From: an uncultured Nitratifractor sp.
Lineage (GTDB): Bacteria > Campylobacterota > Campylobacteria > Campylobacterales > Sulfurovaceae
Reading direction: 5' to 3'
Length of the DNA: 30,712 nt
NCBI GenBank assembly: GCA_964496735.1
Contig: CAZCAZ010000001.1
Span: 1-30,712 of the forward strand
Positions 24,716 through 30,712 of this stretch are shown here, piece by piece. Position 1 is the first letter of the stretch. Each line of letters begins with the position of its first letter. The notes beneath the pieces are model-generated. The model saw only the letters and a list, made by a program, of their open reading frames with translations. It was not told the DNA's origin and made no database searches. The position numbers and the translations under genes were made by a program.

Positions 24716-26599
24716 ATGCTTTTGCGTCTCGTTGCTTCTCTGCTTCTGACGATCAGCAGCGTCTTTGGTGAAGCAATACTTGACTACCATACGACCATTA
24801 TCGTCCACTCTTCTGGGGCATTGCATGTCAAGGAGGTGATCCGCTACGATTTTGGATTCCTGCAGCGTCATGGGATCTATCGGGATATTCCCCTCACCGT
24901 CCAAGTCGATCGCTACGCCCCCAAAAAACCACTCGGACTCAGCAAACTTACGGTGTTGCAGGATGGCAAGCCTGTCCCCTATTCTCGCTCGACCATCTCT
25001 TCGCATACCAGTGGAGATCTGGCACACTTCCGTATCGGTGATGCCGGCCATACTCTCACGGGCATCCACACCTACACCCTCGACTATGATGTCGAACGTG
25101 GCGTATATCCCTCGTCTTTTTCTGCGATGGAAGCGATCAGATGGAATGCCGTTGGGGCTGGATTTGATATCCCCACTCATCATGCAGTTGCCGACTTATA
25201 TCTTCCCGATTTCCTCACGATAGACAGCGTAAAAATACAGTTATTTACCGGCACGTATGGCTCTACTTCGTCTCGAGCGGATTACTATTGGGCTGAGCCA
25301 CATCACATACAATTTGAGGCCAACAATCTGGCTCCCCATGAAGCGCTAACCGTCGAAGTCAATTACCCCAAAGGGCTTTTGGCTCAAAGCAGCGATGACC
25401 TAAAAAGCTCTTTGAGTGGTCGCATTCTTGGTCAGTGGCACTGGGGTGGACTGATTGGTTTCTTCTTGTTTCTTTGGCAATACGCCAAACGTTTTGGCGC
25501 CGAAGACTCAGCTGGATCGCTTGCCCCACAATACCATCCACCCAAGGGGCTCAGTCTACTCCAGAGCGGATTGATTCTCGATAAATTCGCAGACAAAAAA
25601 GATTTTTCTGCTGCCATTCTTGAGCTTGCTGCATTGGGCTATCTCAAGATCATTCAATTTGACGCCAAAACAAACCCCACCATCAAACGCATCGATACGT
25701 CCCGTACCACTGACAATTTAACCCCCGATCAAATCTACCTTCTCGATCATATTCTATTCAAAAGCAGCGATACCTATGTCGTCAAGACTCAGGATGCTGC
25801 CCGTGCCAAACAGGTCAATGCGCAACTCAAGCATCTCAACAGCATGCTCTACACATGGAGCGTCTCGGATGACTACATGCGGGACCATCCCGAGCAAACA
25901 CGCGTAACATTTCTCAAGACTGTTGGCACGATTGCCGCAGCCCTAATCCTGCTTCTACTCTACTCTACAGCTCAGCTCCATGGGCTGGAAGCGACGATAA
26001 AAGGCGTGGTGGCTTCCTCATTTATCAGCATAGGTTTTTTCATGTTAATTGATGCGATCCGAAACAGGCAACACTTTCTTATCTTCTTTGGCTTAGTATG
26101 GATTATGATATCCTTGTTGGCCTTTTCTGGTGATTTTTCTGGTGGCTTATTGAGTGAGAAGTTGTTCTCAACGATCTGGTATTCACCGGCCACTGTTGCG
26201 CCCATCATGCTGGCAGGGATATGGTATTTCTATCGCCGGATTGGTCTCTTTTCACCCAAAGGCCTCAAGGCCTATCGCTACCTACTCGGTTACCGCGACT
26301 TCATGAAGCATGTCGAGCAAGATCGCATCCGACGTATTCTCAAAACAGACCCCCTCTATCTTGACAAAGGGCTCCCCTATGCTATCTTATTTGGACTCAA
26401 CAAACACTGGCTAGCTTTCTACGATACCCTCGATGTCCCCCAGCCTGACTGGTACAGTGGAGATATTCACTCCACAGATGGTTTTGTTTATGTCGTACAA
26501 AATCAGACCGCAACTCCCACTTCTGAAAGTGGAGGTTTCAGTGGAGGGGGTGGCTTTTCTGGCGGTGGAGGCGGTGGAGGCGGTGGAGGGTCATGGTAA
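24716..26599 (+). CDS. DUF2207 domain membrane protein
   Basis: V.EVIRYDFG...HGIYRDIP, WNAVG, multiple TM segments, LPYAILFG, PDWY, and a C-terminal GGGFSGGGGGGGGGGSW. Confidence 0.9.
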   Translation: MLLRLVASLLLTISSVFGEAILDYHTTIIVHSSGALHVKEVIRYDFGFLQRHGIYRDIPLTVQVDRYAPKKPLGLSKLTVLQDGKPVPYSRSTISSHTSGDLAHFRIGDAGHTLTGIHTYTLDYDVERGVYPSSFSAMEAIRWNAVGAGFDIPTHHAVADLYLPDFLTIDSVKIQLFTGTYGSTSSRADYYWAEPHHIQFEANNLAPHEALTVEVNYPKGLLAQSSDDLKSSLSGRILGQWHWGGLIGFFLFLWQYAKRFGAEDSAGSLAPQYHPPKGLSLLQSGLILDKFADKKDFSAAILELAALGYLKIIQFDAKTNPTIKRIDTSRTTDNLTPDQIYLLDHILFKSSDTYVVKTQDAARAKQVNAQLKHLNSMLYTWSVSDDYMRDHPEQTRVTFLKTVGTIAAALILLLLYSTAQLHGLEATIKGVVASSFISIGFFMLIDAIRNRQHFLIFFGLVWIMISLLAFSGDFSGGLLSEKLFSTIWYSPATVAPIMLAGIWYFYRRIGLFSPKGLKAYRYLLGYRDFMKHVEQDRIRRILKTDPLYLDKGLPYAILFGLNKHWLAFYDTLDVPQPDWYSGDIHSTDGFVYVVQNQTATPTSESGGFSGGGGFSGGGGGGGGGGSW

Positions 26600-26710
26600 A
26601 ACTGCTATTTACCAAAAGTAACCGATAGCATACATATACATATAAAATAATGATTTTATGAATATCGTCTTGCATCACCGATGCGCAACTTTGGCGTATC
26701 GGCCTAAAAA

Positions 26711-27133
26711 TTATGATGCTTTTTTCTCCTTGCAGTCTATGCAGACGCCGTAAAGACTCACTTGGAGATTTTCGAGAGAAAATGTGCTTTCAACTGCGAC
26801 ATTTTGGGTTGTTTTCGTCAGAACATCGTCGATATCCTGATCGGTCACCGATCCGCACATACGGCAAATCAAATGGAGATGCTCGTGCTTGCGTATCTCA
26901 TATTTTGATTTCCGGCCACTGATGGGCACCTCCACCAGCACGCCCCGCTCCACCATGGTCACAATGTTTTTATACACCGTAGCCAGCGAGAGCGTCGGAT
27001 GGCTCTCGCAGACTTTTGTGTAAATCTCATCAATGTTCATGTGCCCCTTATGCTTAATTGCCGCCAGGATCGTTGTGCGCTGAAAGGTGGCCTTGAGATC
27101 ATACTCCTTGAGGAGCTTGGCAAGATGCGTCAT
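26711..27133 (-). CDS. perR: Fur-family peroxide-responsive regulator
   Basis: KATFQR, SLATVYKN, HLHLICRMC..VTD (Asp at the PerR-diagnostic position), and C-terminal CxxC. Lies directly downstream of ahpC. Confidence 0.8.
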   Translation of the reverse strand: MTHLAKLLKEYDLKATFQRTTILAAIKHKGHMNIDEIYTKVCESHPTLSLATVYKNIVTMVERGVLVEVPISGRKSKYEIRKHEHLHLICRMCGSVTDQDIDDVLTKTTQNVAVESTFSLENLQVSLYGVCIDCKEKKAS

Positions 27134-27163
27134 GCACTCAACCTCCTACAAGATGCAAAGCCT

Positions 27164-27760
27164 CTAGAGCGATTCTGCATGCTTGGCAAGGTAGTCGGCC
27201 ACACCTTCTGTGCTGGCCTTCATTCCCTCATCACCTGGCTGCCATCCAGCTGGGCAGACTTCGCCGTGCTCGTTGGTAAAGAGCATCGCGTCGACCATAC
27301 GAAGCATTTCATCTTCATTGCGCCCCAGGGGCAAGTCATTGATCACCGCGTGACGCACGGTGCCGTCTTTGTCGATCAGGAACGATCCACGTAGAGCTAC
27401 GGAGTCATCAAGAAGAACATCGTAGTCACGGGCAATCTGCTTGTTGAGATCGGCGACAAGTGGGAAATTGATCCGACCGATACCGCCGTCATTGATCGCA
27501 GTCTCACGCCAAGCAAAATGGCTAAACTGAGAGTCGATTGAACAGCCAATGACACTAATGCCACGCTTTTTGAATTCATCAAAACGGTGAGAAAAGGCAA
27601 TGATCTCTGAAGGACAAACAAAGGTAAAGTCAAGCGGATAGAAGAAGAGAACTGCGCCGTTTTCACCGAGATTGTCATAGAGGTTGAAATCCTCGACGAT
27701 GGAGCCGTCTGCAAGGACAGCGGTAGCGGTAAAGTCAGGAGCTTTGTTGGTTACGATCAT
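27164..27760 (-). CDS. ahpC: 2-Cys peroxiredoxin (alkyl hydroperoxide reductase C)
   Basis: FYPLDFTFVCPSE (peroxidatic Cys) and GEVCPAGW (resolving Cys). Confidence 0.97.
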   Translation of the reverse strand: MIVTNKAPDFTATAVLADGSIVEDFNLYDNLGENGAVLFFYPLDFTFVCPSEIIAFSHRFDEFKKRGISVIGCSIDSQFSHFAWRETAINDGGIGRINFPLVADLNKQIARDYDVLLDDSVALRGSFLIDKDGTVRHAVINDLPLGRNEDEMLRMVDAMLFTNEHGEVCPAGWQPGDEGMKASTEGVADYLAKHAESL

Positions 27761-27823
27761 GGTATTTCCTTATGGATAAAATTTATTTACAAAGGAATAA
27801 TATCGTTATATAATTAACAATTA

Positions 27824-29638
27824 CTAAACCAACCCCCATTTTCGCATAAACACTTCATCAATATCAATAATACCTTTTTTCTGCAGGTTGTCAAGCACGT
27901 CACGGCTGCAGAGCGTATCGCCCGGCCACTCTCGATCGAAGCCATCTTGTGCATTCTTGTTGGTCGCATCAACAGCGATAAAGGGGTCAACTACTACATC
28001 CCGCCCAGCATCAATGTTGTTGACGACGCGCCAGACCAGCATATAGGGATTATCCAGATCGTTGCGCTCTTCATCTATGATGATGAGCACTTTGATATGC
28101 TTCTTGAGTTTGCGCAATGTGACCATGGTTTTCTGTGCTGAATACTGTTTGTCAATTGTCACGATACAGATGGGGTTCTTCGTGTTGGTAAAATATTGGC
28201 GCAGCTCAAGAATTTGCTTATCAATCTTTCGTGCCTTTTCCAGCAATGACGAATCATCAAGAGGTATTTTCACCCCCTCCTCGACCTCTTCTCCAGTCGC
28301 ATCGATCCCTAGCTTTCCGCCTACAAACTGCCGAGGGGAGCTATGATCAAGATGATCAACCACTCCATGAGAAATAAGGATTTTTGATGGATGTAAACGA
28401 TTGAGAACATGAACGATCAGTGCTTCATGATCCGAAAGTTCAGGGCTATTCTTGCCCACAAACAGTGCATGCTTGACAAAACTCATTTGTCCTACCCCCC
28501 AAAATGCGTGCATGAACTGCTGGGCATGTCCGGGATAATGGACATCCATCTTTGCCAATATCAAATTGTGAAATACACCATTTTCGGGCATATTATAGTC
28601 GATCAGGTCGGGTGCCATGGGTTTGAGCATCGGGAGAAAAATCCGCTCGGTCGCCCACCCCATGTATTTGTCTTCCAGCGGCGGTTTGCCCACGACGGTG
28701 GCCTGGAAGACGGGGTCCTTTTTCATCGTGATGGTCTCGACCTCCATCACCGGGAAAGGTTCCGGCAGTGTGTAGTAGCCGGTATGATCGCCAAAAGGTC
28801 CTTCGATCTCCGTCTCAGCCGGATCGACAAAGCCCTCGATGACGATATCAACATCACGGGGGATATAGATATCGTTGGTGATCGATTTGACCAGCTGGGC
28901 GTTGCGGTTACGGATAAATCCATAGAGCAGCATCTCAAACATCCCGTGCGGCATCGGTGCCTGCCCGCTCCAGATATAGAGCGGATCGCCGCCGATGGCT
29001 ACTGTCACGGGCATCTTGAGTCCGGCATCCCGGTACTGATCGAAAAAATGCGAAGCATCTTTGTGGATTTGCCAGTGCATCCCGAGGCGGTTTTTTCCGT
29101 ACTGCTGGAGACGATACATCCCGAGATTTTGCATTGCGCCATCGAGGCTGCGGGTATAGACCTGCCCCATGGTAATAAACCGTCCACCATCCTCTTCCCA
29201 GGTCTTGAGGATAGGCAGAGTGTCGAGATCTATTTTGTCCTTGGGTATGATCACTTCTTGGCATTCTCCCCGAAATTTGAGCCTTTTGGGGAAAACGTTT
29301 TTGAGCGAGATCATTTTGGGGATCATTGCAATTTTATCTCTGAAGGTTTTCGGCGGCTTGAGCTTGAGGAGGCTGTCAATATTTTTTGCTATGGCATCCG
29401 GGTGCTGGCCGAGGATTTTTTCAGTCAACTCTCTATTTGCAAATATATTCATCAAGATCGGCATCTCGTATTCGATTCCCTGCTCTCGCCATACCGGCCG
29501 AGTGAAAAGCAGCGGTCGGGAGTCCTCTTGTTTGACCTCCACATACGCTACATGTGGGATTTCCAACTCCACATCAAGCGGTTCATCGATAATTTTGAGG
29601 TTTCCGTTTTCTTTGAGCCAGGCGACGACATCGTTCAT
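27824..29638 (-). CDS. ubiD: UbiD-family prFMN decarboxylase, probable futalosine-pathway menaquinone biosynthesis decarboxylase (MqnL-like)
   Basis: NLGMYRLQ, MHWQIHKD, EGPFGDHTGYY, GKPPLED, DHLDHS, GGKLGIDAT; length about 600 aa as in Campylobacterota. Confidence 0.9.
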   Translation of the reverse strand: MNDVVAWLKENGNLKIIDEPLDVELEIPHVAYVEVKQEDSRPLLFTRPVWREQGIEYEMPILMNIFANRELTEKILGQHPDAIAKNIDSLLKLKPPKTFRDKIAMIPKMISLKNVFPKRLKFRGECQEVIIPKDKIDLDTLPILKTWEEDGGRFITMGQVYTRSLDGAMQNLGMYRLQQYGKNRLGMHWQIHKDASHFFDQYRDAGLKMPVTVAIGGDPLYIWSGQAPMPHGMFEMLLYGFIRNRNAQLVKSITNDIYIPRDVDIVIEGFVDPAETEIEGPFGDHTGYYTLPEPFPVMEVETITMKKDPVFQATVVGKPPLEDKYMGWATERIFLPMLKPMAPDLIDYNMPENGVFHNLILAKMDVHYPGHAQQFMHAFWGVGQMSFVKHALFVGKNSPELSDHEALIVHVLNRLHPSKILISHGVVDHLDHSSPRQFVGGKLGIDATGEEVEEGVKIPLDDSSLLEKARKIDKQILELRQYFTNTKNPICIVTIDKQYSAQKTMVTLRKLKKHIKVLIIIDEERNDLDNPYMLVWRVVNNIDAGRDVVVDPFIAVDATNKNAQDGFDREWPGDTLCSRDVLDNLQKKGIIDIDEVFMRKWGLV

Positions 29639-29673
29639 ATTTCTTCCCTGTGTGTTAGATGATGTTTTTTGAT

Positions 29674-29679
29674 ATTATA
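29674..29679 (-). promoter_or_regulatory. -10 box (GG)TATAAT for ubiD
   Basis: 35 nt upstream of ATG 29638. Confidence 0.5.
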
Positions 29680-29704
29680 CCTAAAATCCTCAAACGACAG
29701 TGCA

Positions 29705-30436
29705 TCAGTTTGATGGGGCAGAACCTGTTTTGATGTTGCTTGTTTCGACAATAAATATAGACGCACTGTGCCCTAGATTGACAAAACCATCCTTCTTGGT
29801 GTACATTTGTGAGACATAACCATCAAGATAAAGAGCATTCCTGCATCCTCTCTTCTGAAAGTAGCGCGCGAAGTTGTAAAAGTTTATAGGTTCTTTTGAG
29901 ATCGCAAACACTAGCATTCCGCTGGGCAAGACTCCTACACCATTTCGTATATAGTAACTTGTTGATTTTGGGCGAAAGAGTCGATTTATTTTTCCACCTA
30001 TGACAAGCATAGGGCCTGACTGCGTAGCATACTTGATCGAGCGAGGGGATTGTCGGGCATATATCTCTCTGGGGACGATAAATGCGGCAGCCTCATACGT
30101 GATGTAAAATATCCCATTGGGGTTCATATAAAAGTTGCCATAATTTTCGTGCTTGGTGTTCATCTCGGACACCCTCTTTCCGTCTTGCACGTAAAGCCCT
30201 TGGGCACTGAAGTCGCGTAGATACATCCCGCCATTTGTTGCAAACAACAACGCTTTATTGTCTGCCGATAATTTCTTTTTTAATGTTGTAATATTCAGAT
30301 AAAAGTGATCATTTTTATCTTTTTGTAGAAATTGTATTTTGCTCGGATCGGTTTCGTAGCTTACTATTTCGGTTGCATACAGGGTGGCAAAAAGCGCAAA
30401 GAGTGCAAAAAATATTCTGACCATTCTTTTGTCCAT
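29705..30436 (-). CDS. Exported phosphodiester glycosidase (NAGPA/YigE-like) family protein
   Basis: Signal peptide; ATNGGMY, GLYV, NPNGIFYI, TQSGPMLV, RNGVG, C.NALYLDG..S. Confidence 0.85.
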   Translation of the reverse strand: MDKRMVRIFFALFALFATLYATEIVSYETDPSKIQFLQKDKNDHFYLNITTLKKKLSADNKALLFATNGGMYLRDFSAQGLYVQDGKRVSEMNTKHENYGNFYMNPNGIFYITYEAAAFIVPREIYARQSPRSIKYATQSGPMLVIGGKINRLFRPKSTSYYIRNGVGVLPSGMLVFAISKEPINFYNFARYFQKRGCRNALYLDGYVSQMYTKKDGFVNLGHSASIFIVETSNIKTGSAPSN

Positions 30437-30448
30437 TTAATTTATCAC

Positions 30449-30488
30449 ATCCCAAAGACCAAAATATATCTTTTGGTTTTTGTGGGAT
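30449..30488. other. Long imperfect inverted repeat upstream of the NAGPA gene
   Basis: ATCCCA..ACCAAAA (30449-30464) pairs with TTTTGGT..TGGGAT (30471-30488). Confidence 0.5.
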
Positions 30489-30666
30489 ATTCTATTTAAA
30501 TTATATCAAAATAAAGCAACAGCATCACAATACACTGAAAAAGAGATACAAATCAACTATTTCATATGGGTTGATATGGTGCAAGATATTACGAAATATA
30601 ATGTTTTTTTGCATTAACAAATATGTTTTGATCGATGGAAATATGAGCCATAATAAGGCACCCGAT

Positions 30667-30695
30667 TTGACATATTAATATACAAATTGTATAAT
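30667..30695 (+). promoter_or_regulatory. Perfect consensus sigma70 promoter TTGACA-17-TATAAT firing out of the window
   Basis: TTGACA at 30667-30672 and TATAAT at 30690-30695. The palindrome TATACAA-A-TTGTATA (30679-30693) overlaps the -10. Confidence 0.75.
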
Positions 30696-30712
30696 ACATA
30701 CAGTTTATCCAA

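Noticed and set aside
28409-29662. 417-aa plus-strand ORF
   Set aside because: Antisense mirror of ubiD, typical of codon-biased genes.
1-30712. Phase-variable poly-G/C tracts, tRNA/rRNA, IS or integrase
   Set aside because: I noticed no G/C run of 8 or more in a CDS, no tRNA cloverleaf, and no transposase or integrase motifs by eye. tRNAscan/ISEScan were not run.

Overview
Chromosomal core and accessory segment, most likely from a free-living Campylobacterota (Sulfurovum/Sulfurimonas-like). The taxon is inferred from Wolinella-type frdCAB, sdhABE, a ~600-aa UbiD, PerR/AhpC and TGnTAnAAT promoters. Gene order: 5'-truncated OmpA-domain protein (DxDxDG Ca-binding repeats + two 119-aa BON-like repeats), membrane-anchored COG3743/HhH protein, Gly-rich DUF533, type-E sdhA-B-E, thiL, DUF945, secreted triple peptidoglycan-binding protein, frdC-A-B, 14-TMS MFS exporter, SUV3-like helicase, secreted NodB deacetylase-ankyrin fusion, tetR-citE-like operon, exported hypothetical, lemA-DUF2207, ahpC-perR, ubiD/mqnL, NAGPA/YigE-like protein. 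I saw no tRNA, rRNA, CRISPR array, transposase or integrase. Most notable: (i) four helically phased TGAACANNTGTTCA operators at the tetR promoter, with a divergent promoter that has no evident gene; (ii) two different complex-II enzymes within about 10 kb, the type-E one lacking the Tat signal but keeping the covalent-FAD His, unlike the known periplasmic MFR; (iii) several envelope proteins with unusual domain architectures. All assignments come from motif recognition by eye; no database searches were run.
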